A stretch of 64,000 bases of DNA from Octopus vulgaris (Eukaryota): assembly GCA_951406725.2 (NCBI GenBank), contig OX597816.1, forward strand, positions 76,446,001 to 76,510,000, given 5' to 3'. Below the pieces are notes generated by a model. That model was given only the letters and a program-made list of their open reading frames with translations. It searched no databases and had not been told where the DNA came from. Positions 1 through 16,004 of this stretch are shown here, piece after piece (position 1 is the stretch's first letter; the number at the start of each line of letters is the position of its first letter). The position numbers were made by a program, and so were the translations under genes.

Positions 1-748
1 TAAGTTCAAGTCTCGATTGATTTCATTGATCCTTCGTAGTTCGATACATGTATGTAATAAGATTTCTCTTTCCAAAATGCGATTCAAGTGGCATTGCATA
101 GCCATGACTAAAGAAGTCACGTGCTCGGAGTCACACGCAGTCGGATAGAACCTGGAATGGTGCGTTCACAAAACGACCTTCTTAGCCATACATTGGTATG
201 TTATATGATTTATCTTCACACATTAATATGATATATGATATATCTATACAATAAATGAAACGTATCATTCAAAATTGCAATGTGTCAGGTAATTATTATG
301 TTTAAATTCCCTTTAGTGCTATAAAACACGATTGGCAACATCACTCATATCTCAGCAATAAAAGCTTTTATTTATTTCCTTGTTTAGGAGATTTTTAGCA
401 ATCTAGATTATATAATATTAAAACAAAATAATTGGATAGATTTATTAATGGAAAATCGAATATACAAAAAAAAAGACATAAATATATCTTTAAATGTTGA
501 AGACAATAATGTTTAATATATTCTTGTACTGTAACATTTGATGTCACTCTTTTATTACTTATATGGAAAGAAAAGATTGGTAAAAGTACAGAATAGGAAG
601 ACAGAGACTTGGGCGATAGGGAAAATCAATGATATATTGACAGATATAAAGATAAATATGTATTTCGTTGTCTGCTACAGTTTTTGTTGTTAAAATTGTA
701 TTGATCAATTGGGCATCAAATTGTATTATGAAATAATACAAATTCATG

Positions 749-854
<106 letters not shown>

Positions 855-855
855 T

Positions 856-1220
856 CAATAATAATAAAGGGTAAAATTAATTTATTAATTAATAATGAAT
901 TATTTTACCAAGTAGTTCGGTATGTTAAAAGAAATATTTAAAATCTTGAAATACTGTGCTGAAGAGCGAGAACGATGGAATGGAATTGTGATTTTGCATT
1001 TTTCACATCTACCTAACTCCGAAACGCGTCTACAGTTAATCGAAGCAGAGTGAATTCGTTACTTTTTCTCTTTGCCTACGTGGGTTGTTGAGTATTGTTG
1101 TCGGGGGAGTTTCCTTATGGTAGAGAAATAGCTAGTTTTAACTGCTATTTCTAAATCTCGGTATGTGGTGAAGCAAGTTTTTTGCTGAACCCTAATTATA
1201 ATTATACTCATAATTATAAA
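856..1220 (+). mobile_element. Penelope-like pLTR-derived short non-autonomous element carrying a hammerhead
   Basis: Non-coding block bounded by microsatellites on both sides, containing a type I hammerhead core. Confidence 0.55.
953..1036 (+). ncRNA. Type I hammerhead ribozyme (minimal palindromic stem III, extended stem II)
   Basis: actgtg-CTGAAGA(959-965)-long stem II (gatggaa...ttcacatc)-GAAACGCGTC(1021-1030)-tacagt. Stem I actgtg/tacagt pairs; GUC cleavage triplet. Confidence 0.75.
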
Positions 1221-1246
1221 AATATCTATCTATCTATCTATCTATC

Positions 1247-1308
<62 letters not shown>

Positions 1309-1312
<4 letters not shown>

Positions 1313-1400
1313 AGTATTATAATTCGATTTCATTCGGGTCTATAATTTTCAGGTCAATCCGACCACATTTGCTGACACTTTTGCCAGCACAACTGCTTGT
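1309..1400 (-). mobile_element. Helitron-like 3' terminus
   Basis: Minus strand ends gacccgaatgaaatcgaattataataCTAG|t (degenerate hairpin, CTAG, T). Confidence 0.4.
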
Positions 1401-1777
1401 GAAACAACGTCCGCCCTTTTCACATGTATATATAGTAGATACACACACACACACACACACACACACATATGTGTGTGTGTGTGTATGTGTGTGTGTTTTT
1501 TCTGTCCTACTGTTGATTTATCCATGCGGCACTCCGTACAACCCGTTGTTTACTTTCTTAAAAAAAGATATCCCTCAAACATTATGTACGACTCTCACCC
1601 TCATTTCCTCGCTTTTCTCCCTTGTTCCTTCTTTCCTTCTCTCTGTCTCTCTCTATTTCCACTCCCCCTCGTTCCTCACTTCCTCTGATTTCATTTTCCC
1701 TCTCGAGTATTCCTTAATCCCTTTCCCCTCCCTCTTATTCTTCATTCCCTTTGTTTTCCCCAGGACTTATTCTTTGT

Positions 1778-1879
1778 CAGCCTAATGATTATTCTATCGG
1801 TGTCTTTTGCCGAACCGCTAAGTTATGGGGACATAAACACACTAGCAACGGTTGTCAAGCGATGTTGAGGGGACCACAG

Positions 1880-1943
<64 letters not shown>

Positions 1944-2103
1944 GACGGGCTTCTTTTAGTTTCCATCTATCAGATCCACTCATAAGGATTTGGTCGACCC
2001 GAGGCTATAGTAGAAGACACTTGCCCAAGATGCTACGCAGAGGAACTGAACCCGGAACCATGTAGTTGGTAAGTAAGCTACTTACCACACAGCCACTCCT
2101 GCA
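1778..2103 (-). mobile_element. tRNA-derived SINE, family A (internal microsatellite)
   Basis: Reverse complement matches 60848-61290 and 51381-51770 (ggagtggctgtgtggtaagtagctt...gttccgggttcagt). Confidence 0.85.
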
Positions 2104-2335
2104 ATACAAATTTTTCCCCTCTGTAATGTATAGCCGAAAGGCATTCTGTTGTACATGCACAATTCTAGCTTTCTCGCTTTTGCTTCTGTTCCTGTTTTCG
2201 TTCTTGTATACATTCGTTTTGCCCCTCCCAGAGGCTCAATGCTTTTAGCTTAAGTCCCTATCACCTGCCAGATTGGAGTAGTTTCGGAAATAAGGGGGTG
2301 CAGCTACAAGGACTTTCCTTGTTAGTCTTTACAAG

Positions 2336-2655
2336 TTAGTCTTACAGCTGTTTCTGGGATATTAGTGATATATATTCATCAGAGACGATGTGAGATGGTT
2401 GAATAGTGGGTAATATTAGAGTTCAATACGAGGAGTAATTTTGGAAAAGGAAGCATTTCTACCACTTCTACATAGCACTTTCCTTGGATAATGGAACTGT
2501 AACTATAATATCTTTATACATTTTTATTTTTTTCTTCATTCATCCTCCCATTTCTCTATATACTCCTTCATTGCTTCTTTTCCAAAATAACTCCGCATAT
2601 TGAACTCTAATATTTCTCTCTAATTGACCATCTCACATCGTCTCTGTAAGACTAA
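2336..2655. repeat. Inverted pair of PLE pLTR segments (2336-2458 / 2570-2655)
   Basis: ttagtcttacag...agagacgatgtgagatgg...ttggaaaaggaagca recurs inverted as tgcttcttttccaa...ccatctcacatcgtctctgtaagactaa. Confidence 0.75.
2338..2387 (-). ncRNA. Minimal type I hammerhead ribozyme
   Basis: Minus strand: gtct-CTGATGA-atatatatcactaatatccca-GAAACAGCTGTA-agac. Palindromic stem III ACAGCTGT; stem II is weak. Confidence 0.65.
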
Positions 2656-3899
2656 TTTTCTCTTTATAAATGTACTGAAAATTCCACACAACCTTCGCTT
2701 TCTCGTCTCATTTTACTCAACATATAGATGCTCATATAAGACCAGCATTAGACTATCACTATCGAACCGAGAGTTTAACTACGGTCCTTCCATAGCACTT
2801 AGATAGCGTTACCTGCCACCTTGGGTCTTCTGGAGACCAATACCTCCCATATATATATATATGAAGGATACAAGGGTACATGGTCTATTGATTTGGAATT
2901 GGAAATGAAGCCTCTTCAATTTCCTGTTACCAAGAGCATGAACATCACCGCTTCACTCCACTTTCCACCTACCCTTAATTATATGACATTTGTGTCAAAT
3001 CGAAACATATCAGGATGATGGAACAACGAAAGTTTTGTATGTCTGTATTATTTTTCTTGGCAAAATATCCGGCTGCAATCAATAATTAATCAAATCTTTT
3101 ATAGTAATTTTATTTTCATTTCATTGATTCCTGCTGCTTGTATTATTTCTACCACCTTCGACTTAAGAAGTGTTTTGTTGAACATAACGAGGTGAAGCTG
3201 ATCTTATAACTCATTGAATCATCGGGACAGCAATAAAAACTTAGCCTTCGTGTAGTTGATCTAGAGAAAATTAACCGAAACGAAGCCATTCCATCTCCAA
3301 GCTATTGCTACTTCGCACAGCAAGCCATAAAGTTTTAAATAAATCAACAGATTGGTTACCAAGAAAGGATTTATATTTTCTGTCTCATTTAATGATGTTG
3401 AGTGACTTTGAACGTGATAATTACAAGACTCCTGACTTGAATGAAAATTAAAAAAATAAAACGTTTACCTTCTGTGGATGATGCAATGCAGTACGAAGGC
3501 ATAGCAGATACATAAGGGTGAAATAATGAGGAAATTAACAATAATTTTCTATATCCATGATGAACGTTGGACATATAATTTAACGGTAAAATCAATGTGT
3601 TCATAGGACGTACATCACGAGACTCCAAAACAGTCTCTCAACGACTCCTACCGGCCTGTCTCTTTATTATAGCCGCAAGGGCTCAACATAGAGGGAGATA
3701 AACAAGAACAGACAGGACACCACAGAGGGGACAACACATAGAATGAATATGAATGAAATGGTTATATAACAATGAAATTATAAATGGCTGCATGTGCCCC
3801 TCATCACATGCAATACTATTAATCTTGTTTACAATCAAATATTATCGGATTTTCAACTAATATATTAGTAACATTTAACATACCATTGCAAATCACTAA

Positions 3900-5400
3900 T
3901 CCGTGTATTATCTGGCGGGCCACATCGAATTAGTGACGCATTGTCTTTCCAACAGTCTTATTACTCGCTATCCATTGACTGAGAGCCATCTGAAGGACAG
4001 TCCTTTATTAGCGGTATCACATCATCCCAGACGATTCCACCTTTTCAAACTCGACTTCAAACTGCACCATTCCTATGTCGCACCTTTCTTTTACTTCTCA
4101 TAGCAGTTCGGCTCTATTATTATTGCTTTTGTTTTATCATTGCCATAATCCTTAGGAAATTTTACTCGTATTACTGACCTCATTTTCGGGATCTCTGTTT
4201 CCGTATGTATACCCTTTTTGTATTCTACATACATAATACCATCTCTTCTTCCTCTGATTTTCAGCCCCGCCTTCATTCCTTTGCTCATCACCTTCCGAAG
4301 GAGAAACTTTCAAACTTTCCTCTTGTTTTTCTTGTCACCATTTTTTCCCGTTACTTCCCATCACTTCTTTCTCCTTTTTCAAATTCTCCGGTGGAGAACC
4401 CCTCCTACTTTTTCTTTTCCGCAGTTTCACCTCCACGAATTCCTCTTCTGTATTCACTGTTTCAGTTCCTTCTCCACATTCTACCACGTATGCCTCTCTC
4501 TGCGTCGAACTCTCCTCTCTCTTTTTCCTTGCTTTGAGGGCAGTTCGCTTTTTTGTGTCCTCTTTCGCTACACAAAAAACATTTCAAAGGCCTGCCCTCT
4601 ACTACTACATTCAGTTTGGTTCCTACGGTATTCAGATCTTCCAGAGTGGCTGGAATTCTCATTTCTAGTCCGTACTCCCAAAAGTCCACCTTTTAAGTTC
4701 TTGTTGCCTTAAATATTTTCGGACTTTGTTTCATGTGGAATAAGACTGCCGCCATAATCCACGTCTCGTCGTACTCGGGTGGGATTTTACCCACCCTTAC
4801 TCTCGCCATTCTTTTCAGGCAGTAACTCAGTAGGAAAACCCACTCGTCATTCCTAATCGCATCCACTGCATGTTCTGCAGCTACTTCTTCAGAATCGAAC
4901 CTGACTTCAACCACTCCGAACTTCCGACTTCCAGTTACAAAAGTCGTCAGGTGTTCGATGTCTTCCAGTGTCCCTTTTGTACTCTATATCGTTGCGGCTT
5001 CGATCCATCCTGTGGATAATCTTAAAGTCTTACAAAGGACCGCTCTTCTTTGTAAGCTTTCCAAAGATTCCTTTGACGGCACCAGAGAGAGCGCCGTTCA
5101 TTGTTTCGTTAACAATTTTACACATACCCGCATTCTGTCTGTTTCTCCACCCACGCCCATCACTGTTAACGAAGCAACATTCTATTACATGTTGCCGCTT
5201 CTGCACAGCTTTGGCTCGAGGTACTCAAACTTTCCATTATACAAATGAATCGAAAACAACAGGCACGCCCACGCAGGGAAAGCCTTCAACAATCAATAGC
5301 AATCAATTAACAATGAATTAACTATGCAACTCAGAAAAAACAACTCCAATACTCTCTAAAGACTCATACCGATTTTTCATCTCAATCAATACGCTACGCT
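3900..5400 (-). mobile_element. L1/Tx1-type LINE relic, ORF1 (gag-like) with zinc knuckle
   Basis: CFLCSERGHKKANC (CX2CX4HX4C) in ORF 4462..4689; RKFGVVEVRFDSEEVA segment shared with 34104..34946; stops and frameshifts. Confidence 0.7.
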
Positions 5401-5722
5401 TAATAAGAATTCGGCTAGTCCATACTTCCAATCTCCCGGGGGTGTCAATACGCCACATCAGCTTTCTTAAGTTGTATTCGAATTAGAAAAAGCAAATTTT
5501 CCTTTGACGATTATACTTAGTGCCGAAGATTTTTTACAGTTGCGACCAGTTTTACTAGACATTAACTTACAACAGTGGACTTAACGATATATATATTGCC
5601 AATCACCGTTGCTTTCATTCATTTTTTTCCTGGACCATTAAGTACAAGACGATTACTGGAGTTGATATCATTGACTAGTTTCTTCCCCCTAAATTTAACG
5701 CTCTTTGCCTATAGAAAAAAGG

Positions 5723-7960
<2,238 letters not shown>

Positions 7961-8076
7961 CATCAACACTCGTATTTTCTGCTACACCATGCTGGATACC
8001 ATCACCTTCATTGGCTCCCAGATATTTGTATACTTCGGATTGGTCTAGGTTGTGTCTAGAGTAGAAAACTATATGT

Positions 8077-8228
8077 TTCGTTCTGAGTTCAAATTCCGCC
8101 GAGGTCGACTTTGCTTTTCATCCTTTCGGGGTCGATAAATTAGGTACCAGTTTAATACTGGGGTCGATCTAATCGACTAACCCCCTCCCCCAAAATGTCT
8201 GGCCTTGTGCCTAGAGTAGAAAAGAATA
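8077..8228 (+). mobile_element. tRNA-derived SINE family B, 5'-truncated
   Basis: gttctgagttcaaattccgccgaggtcgactttgc...ggggtcgat...ggccttgtgcctagagtagaaaag; matches 19961-20358 and 35778-35965. Confidence 0.85.
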
Positions 8229-8239
8229 TTTTGAAGAAT

Positions 8240-8545
8240 TGAATCAACAGGATCTAACTCTTTTACTGCAATCTCTTGTCGCCACATTAACTCGTGTTAT
8301 TAGTGCGGGGATAACCCATTTTTTTAATAGCAATTTCTTAATGGGGCTGAGATAACCAAAAAGTATCATAAGTCGCACGACTCTACCGCAACATAACATC
8401 AGATGAAAGGATGAACCTATATGAGCAGAAGACTACGCATGGATATGTTACTAGAAAGCTCCGTAATGATAGTAACATCGATCATCAAAGCAGTTTATCA
8501 TGGACGACTAGCCGGATTATTACCTCCCATTTTGCAGGGTTGAAA
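8240..8545 (+). mobile_element. R4/Dong-type LINE fragment (post-RT region)
   Basis: Translates DERMNLYEQKTTHGYVTRKLRNDSNIDHQSSLSWTTS, resembling the K.LHG...ID...S..W motif of R4 elements. Confidence 0.55.
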
Positions 8546-8769
8546 GTTGAGTAACGTTTTCATGCTTGGATTTGTAAACTACAATAAGAATAACACTGGT
8601 CAACAAAGAATTTGTCCGAAGAAAAAGAATACCTTTATCTTATGCGTTTTTGCATGCAGAATTCAAAAATGTCTAAGTTCACATATTCCATTCATCTTCA
8701 CAATGCCAAAAAACTGTATAAACATTGCAAGTAACTTTTGCTATGTATGAAAAATATGTAAAATATTAA

Positions 8770-9150
8770 GACAGTTGGTAAAAAATATCTATAATAAAAT
8801 TATAATTCATAAATATAAATTTTAATTAAGACAAACACACGGCGAATAATCTCGCAGTAGAAAGAGTCAACACAGCATGCGAGGGAAACACAACACAATG
8901 TGCGGTTGCCATGGTAAAAATCTGTTAATGCCTCGCTGTCTGTTGATTGGCTAAAATTACCCAAATTTCCCAGCTTTAATTCCAAATACATCCGATTCTT
9001 TAATTTACAAGATAAAGTAACTAGTTGATCGGAATCAAAATTTAGAGTTGCATCGTTACACCAAAACTGAAAGCAATCCGAGTGTAAATTAAAGGGGGCT
9101 CATTTTACGAAGGAAAAACACTAGATCCCTACTTTCATTGCTTATAGAGA
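8770..9150 (-). mobile_element. Possible non-autonomous Helitron-like fragment
   Basis: Minus strand starts a|TCtctataagcaatgaaagtagg; boundaries uncertain. Confidence 0.3.
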
Positions 9151-9181
9151 TTTTCTAATTATATGTATACATACATGCATG

Positions 9182-9241
<60 letters not shown>

Positions 9242-9250
9242 GTGTGTGTG

Positions 9251-9292
<42 letters not shown>

Positions 9293-9354
9293 GTATAAAA
9301 TCAATATAAACAAGTTTGAAATGTCTCACCATTGTATATATTCATATCATGATA

Positions 9355-11590
9355 ACGTTCGGCCAGAATTTGCGAAGGCCATGCCTTATTAGCACATTTA
9401 ATGATCTTTCATACTACAGTCGTTCTTAGAATGGCATAGTCTATTCGAGTGAAAAGTTATTGTTTGCAGAAATATATCCGGGTGTAGGTGGTCTACGTGG
9501 AATTTGTCCAAGAAGCGTATGAGACCTTTTTCTATATGTTTTGGTATGATTTTAAAGAGAGTATGGTAAGCTCAAGTGAAATAGTTTTCTCTTAGTGTTA
9601 TGACGTGATACGAGTTTGATTTTTGTAGAGAATGAATACGACTGGCACCAAGATTTTGGCGAATCTTAATGTTAATGCCAACATCATTTGGGCAATGGTA
9701 CTGGGATATTTTCTACATCATACAATTGATATAGGGCTCACGATGGCGGTAGAGAAAATAAAGTTTCAGCTTGTAGAGAAGGTACCAGTAATCAAGACCT
9801 GTCATGTCGCCTATTTTGTGATTGATCTTTGGGGTGTTTCAATTTTTGTAATTCTTCGTTTCATGTAGACCACAGCGAACAGCAGTTTTTCAGATGGAAA
9901 TGGGCGAATGCAGAGAAGAGAAGTATAATGTTTGAATCGTCTATAGAAAGACAGTTCCTGAGGATCAAGGAGCATGCCCTACAGGCAATGTCAGTTTTGT
10001 TGTTTATATGGTCACTCCAGCTTAAGTTTTCGACAATTACTCCGAGTTCCTAAGAGGTTTTTGATGCCGCGTAGTTCCCCTGAGGTTCTTCCGAGAGAAG
10101 AATGTATGGTAGTTATCTTCTTTATCGAAATGGATTAATTCAAATTTCTTCTGGATTAGCTGCCTATTGCATTTTCCCACCCATTGGATAACCACAAGCA
10201 GATCAGATTTGAGATGTACCCACCCATTCGACGACCTTCAAACGTTTAAAGTCGTCCATGAAAATTGTCATGTTACTGTGATGAGGTGAATAATGTCATT
10301 AATCTAAATAATGAAAGGGAATGGGGCCAATAAAATGCCTTGTGGGACTCAACTGATGACTTTTTCTGAGCTTGGTCGAACGCTATCGATTATCAAATGC
10401 TGAGTTCTGTTCACCAGAAACATTCTGACCACTTTAGTAGTTTCTTTTGGACTAGTTTCTTCAATAAGATGTTGTGATTAACATTGTCGAAAGCCTTGCT
10501 GAAGTGAAGATCTATAACATCTACTTTGGAGCCCTCAAAGTGGTGTAGGTTAGGCAGACCCTGCCATTGTGAAAACGATACTGTTTGGGAATAAGTATGC
10601 TGTTTCTTTCGAGGATGTGAGTTACTCGAAATCTCACCACTCTGTTAAACAATTTTATGATACGAGAAACAAATGAGATTGGGCGGTAATTCAGTATCAA
10701 CGATTTGTTGCACTTTTTGAAAACAGGAACAGTCAATTGGGATAGGAAGTTATTGAGAATATAGCCAGCGTTCATTTATTTTCTCTAGAGAATAGTTAAA
10801 TCCAATGCGAGTTGCAGTCGGTACACCTTCAGGACTCTGGAGCGGAACCAGTCGGGGCCTGCAGCTGAGTTATTTGTAATAGCTGCTATGAAGTGCGGGG
10901 TGCCAACTGATGTGTCGGGTAGGGTGTTCTGGGACTTGTTTCACGATGTTGTCAGGATTAACCATGTTGGCATTGCTGAAAATCAAACATGTTTTCTGCA
11001 CCACTATGCAGAGTATTCTCTTCATGTATGCAACAAATGAGACAGCGACGTTATGCTTTTTGACGAACTTTAGGATTGAGTTTTATTTTCTAAATGGCTC
11101 ACTTCTCTCCGTCTTTTCATGCTTTCGCTGACAGTCTTTGTGTACTTTTGAAGATCATGTTTTACGTCTCTTTGATTCCAGTAAAGTCACATCTGTCAAG
11201 TGATGGTGTTGCTGCTGATAACATTTTAACTTGTTGACTTTTCGATCAATCATTTTTATATTCTTTTATAAGTGCTTTTCTGTTTCGTAATAACCTGTAT
11301 TTAGTTTTACTCATGGACCGTAGTGGAGTAGATTGTGAACGCATATTTGTAGCAGTGTACGAAAATAACTGCCCTGATGTGTGTGATAGCATAGTGAAGA
11401 TCCATGGGAACAAAAGACTGCTAGATTGAGATCGTTCGATGTAACTTTGGACTGCAGGAATCTCAGGCTTCAGAGAACTATTTCGTGGTCGGAAAGAAGA
11501 ACCTGTATTTTCACTGGATATTGTGGATACTGTTAGTGTGATCTCTGTTGAATCTCGTTGGCGCGAGCACGATTTGGCATAGGGAAGATT
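9355..11590 (-). mobile_element. CR1-like LINE, decayed ORF2 (RT)
   Basis: NYRPISFVSRIIKLF, DVIDLHFSKAFDNV and VPQGILLAP motifs; 3' end shared with 62255-64000. Confidence 0.8.
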
Positions 11591-12619
11591 CATTGAATAC
11601 ACATATATGTCCATATGAGTGTGTGCCTGTGGTGTAAATTAATCTACCAGCATATAATTACATAGAAATACAATACAATCGAATAAACAAGTGTTTGTGC
11701 AGGCGTTCTTTGTGTATGTGCGCGCGCGTTGTTTGAGAGAGAGAGAAAGAGAAAGAGAGAGAGAAAGAAAGAGAGAGAGATGTGACTGGTACATTGTTTG
11801 AGTCAATAAATATGCATATATCTTCTGTAGGACATCAATCTTCCAAGGCGCGAGGAAAGATCGGGGTCATATTTCTAAAGAAACATAACCAACAATTCGT
11901 TAATTGCTTTGCTGTTTCCGGAACACTCACACACACACACGTTTTAGAACGTATGTTTTTGATTTACACTATGGAATAGAAATTACACTTGAACTTCCGG
12001 CCATTGGTATATATTGACTGATGTTGATTACTTAGATATCGGATTCATTCAAATCTTTATATTTTATTACAACCAATTTGTCCTTGTCAAAGTGTGCTGT
12101 ATCAGGATTCGATCTGGTCACGCACTGCCGTCGAACTAATTATTCTAATATCTGACATGAAACATGGTACGAAGTCAGTATATCTAAAATTAGTATGTAC
12201 GCAGCGTCAGAGTTTTCATTGGTTTATCATTTCTTTCTACACATAATACACCCAGTGTTCCGACTCACTCTATTAATTTTCACACAGATACGATATCAGT
12301 TGTCCAGAGTTCAATGCTTTTTACTTTTCCAGTTAAAATAGTAATACATTTCTGTGCCAAGTGAACCAAATCTACGCGATTGCTTTGATTCATGCTTCAA
12401 GTTGTTTCAATTAGCCGCCAAAATAAGACATATGATTCTTTACTTCGTTAGCACTAAATATTATATGATAAATAGGATATCTCCTGGTAAACCAGAATGG
12501 CAGTGCTGTTTCAATTTCCACTTGATGCCCTTTCGAATTTTTGCTGTTATTTATTCTAGAAACAGGCCTAATATAGGGCATCTCTAACGAAACATGTACC
12601 AGCTTTGACCATGTCATCT

Positions 12620-13000
12620 TTTGCTTTAGGAACCATAGGCAAAGAAGACTTTTATGGATATGAGGAGCATATTTTGTGTAATGATAATTGGAATAAAAGT
12701 AAGAAAAGATTATTGAAGTGCTACATCTGGTCGGTGCTAAGGAATGGATGTGAGTCTTGGACGACGGAATGTACAGGATGACGGAATGGAGCGTTACATG
12801 GTGGAGACTGGGCTGGAGGGAAGGAGAGAGAGAGAGAGGAAGGCAGAGAATGAAGATGTTCGACAGGATGAAGAAGAGAATGAACGTGCAGAACAATAAA
12901 GATCTGGGAGATCTTTCGAAAGACAGAAATAAATGGAGGAGAAACAAGCTATGATTCGTCAATGGTATCAATATGCTATGACACAAAAGATGATGACCAA
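12620..13000 (+). mobile_element. RTE-clade LINE 3' fragment
   Basis: KRLLKCYIWSVLRNGCESWT and C-terminal EGRRERGRQR...DRNKWR motifs. Confidence 0.75.
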
Positions 13001-16000
13001 GGAACACTAGATGTAACATTAGATATGATTTGAGATGTATTTGAATATTACGTTACGCTTTTACGCAGAGTAAGCAATCGCGCAGGCATATGTTTTTAAA
13101 TCAAGTTATCCAATAAAATTCTATGGTATTAAACTTGAACTCCAACAAGCAGTGTAGAGATCAATGACGTATGTCTAATAATGTGGGTAGAATCCATTTG
13201 GATGGCCACTGAAACATACAAAGAATGGTTCAAACTTGACGAACAAATAGCAACACGAAAAGAACAAGGATGAGAATGTGATAGGTTAGATCAAGCCATA
13301 CTGGAAATGATTGAGAGAAGAAAGAAGTTCCATGCATGCGGGAAGAACCTTAGAACTGACTGTGTATGATTGTTTGTTTTTATGTTTGTGTGTGAATGTA
13401 TAAGTCCATTGTATACGGCACTGCATGTAAGCTATGTGTGCGTACATATGGTTTTCTTTGGGGACGTGTGTGTTGACGCTTAGAAAATACAAATGTCTTT
13501 GATAAGTCGATCAATAAGACCTCTTCTGGAAGATAGATTGAAAGAAAGGGTAGAAAAATAAGTAAAAATGAGATCTTATTAAATCCTTTAAGATGACTTA
13601 AATATCACTCAAACAATACACCTTTTTTTATATAATTTTTCTGCTTAGGTCAATAAAAGGCAGAAACATTTAGTTTAATATATATTTATATTTCCATCCA
13701 AAATTATATCGAATGACGTCTCTTCCCCTACTTGAGAGTCGCCAATAATAATACCATAAATGTACATGAATCTATTCAAACTGAAAGTTTTATCAAAATA
13801 TATAAAACTGCATCGTGTTTAAAAACAAATTCACTATTGATTAATATATAGTGTATATCTAACAATCATATTTGCATCTTACTAGGATCACACTACACAG
13901 CTTTCAACTGATATTTTTATTGAGTCATTTTCACAGCTTGAATATTAATATTAATCTTATTTCGAAATCTATTTCGATTTTCTATATTTTACGTTTGTTT
14001 TAATAATTGATTTATACAGCGATGATTTTGGAGCTTGGAGGATGCCATAAGTGAAATTTACAACAATAGAATATTTGTTTGTGGAACAATAATTGCCTAT
14101 TTTCTCGCATATAGATTATTATTTAAAGAGATAATAATGAGCTAAATTCTTAATAGATATAGTAATCAATTACTTTTATTCAATATTTATGAAATTATTT
14201 TGAATCTGACAAAAGAATAAGATGGTTGTTTAGACACCTAACACAAAAATAATTCACTTTCTTAACTGGATGTAGCATTTAAGAATACAGTCACGGAAAT
14301 ATGGGAATAAATATTATCATTAGAATGGATTGCGTATAATTTAGTTGTAAATAGATCTTTTGTTTTTAAATATTGCCAAAGAAAATATTGTTTTAAATAC
14401 AACATGAGCATATTTTCACTTAACAAATCCTGACAGTACACCCTAGGGTTTAAACGTGGCTAAGACATCATCTGCTACATATCACTTCAGCAGAGGATAC
14501 GGTTGCGAAAGAGTTGGAAATTTAACTTGAAGTATGCGTGCCTAAGCAACATGTTGGATATCGCGTTACTCTCCTCTAAAGCTAGACTGCTAGTGGCTGT
14601 GTTTACTCCGAGCAATATGACTCAAACTCAGTCTTTACATGTATCTTAAACATGCATATACGTTCACAATATTAGATGGCCTCTACTTTTCCTAAATACA
14701 ACTTCGCTCTGCCATATTTTGTTTTTTCCCCACGCAGTGTCTAAAAACGAAACTCCTTATCAAGTAAGACTGGGCGTGATTGCAACTTTCATCACTGGTT
14801 TACATCTTACCTGTAGCTCTCACGAGCAACCCGATTTAAAACATGGCATGACAACATCTACATCAGAATAGACTTATCATCGCAAAACCTGATTCGAAGG
14901 AATCAAATTTATGTCAATTTTATGAAAACGTCTCAAACATTTCAACCTATTACATTTCAATCTAATGCAAGGGTATATAAACACCCATGGACATTTCGAA
15001 TATATACATACATATTTACAGGATGGTATTGTATCTGATAGCATCCAAACCTTAGCAGAAAACTTTTATCCATTTTATTGGCATCGAGTTTTAATATGTT
15101 ACTAAGGAGTAATACGTATGAAAATGGATGTCTTAGGTAACCATACAAAGCAAATATGTTGATATCAATGAGGTACTAAAATAAAGGGCTGGGAGGAGAT
15201 GATCCGCAGGTGTCACATCAACTCTACTACTTATTTCTTGAACAGAGCACCACCGAAACATAGAATTCATCTCAATAGGCATACTGTAATGATCAGAGCT
15301 TAATCGGAGAATGTTTAGTAAGTTTGCTGAGTTCAGATATCCTTGTAGACAGAGAAAACTAAAGGGGTATTCATTAGTTTTCTCTGCAATTCCAACAATA
15401 CAATATTGTGTAATTTTTACAGATATCTCGACAACTACATATGGTATGGTATTATGCACAATCTTTGAGGAAGTACATAATTTGACTAGGAAAACACAAC
15501 TTGCTCGCTTAACTTGATAGAAGTGGTAACATGGCCTCTGTCAAATTACATACCCACGTTTCTTAAAATATTAAATCACAGTTTTGTTTGCTAAAGACAA
15601 CAATAATTTAGGCTTGCAATAGAGTATGATCTCAGTTCAGCGGTGGCTTAATCCACTCGTTTGTGCTTATATTTTTATGCAAAGTAAGAACATTTATTTA
15701 ATAAATACACGATACACATATGTATATAGAGAGAGGTATAAATACATAGTTACATTAAGAAACGCCTCCATATCCACTGCAGTTGTATATCGCTTATTTC
15801 ACTGAATTCCAAACATATTCTTTCAAAGAAAATTATCCATGTCTTTACTTCAGATAATCTATCTAACCACGCATAGCTAATTACATTCGCCCCAGGCTGC
15901 AAGTTAATTAAACAGTTGTCAAGTACAAGTGTAAGAATACTTTGAATAAGCATATCTTGAATGTAGTTACTATATGCGTCAATGAATGAGCCTCTCTGTG

Positions 16001-16004
16001 TCAC

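Noticed and set aside
3389-3628. Minus ORF with a donor-like ag|gtaaac near 3468
   Set aside because: No convincing acceptor or recognisable protein.
15133-15459. Minus ORF with hydrophobic C-terminus (GPI-like terminal exon?)
   Set aside because: No homology recognised and no phase-compatible upstream exon found.
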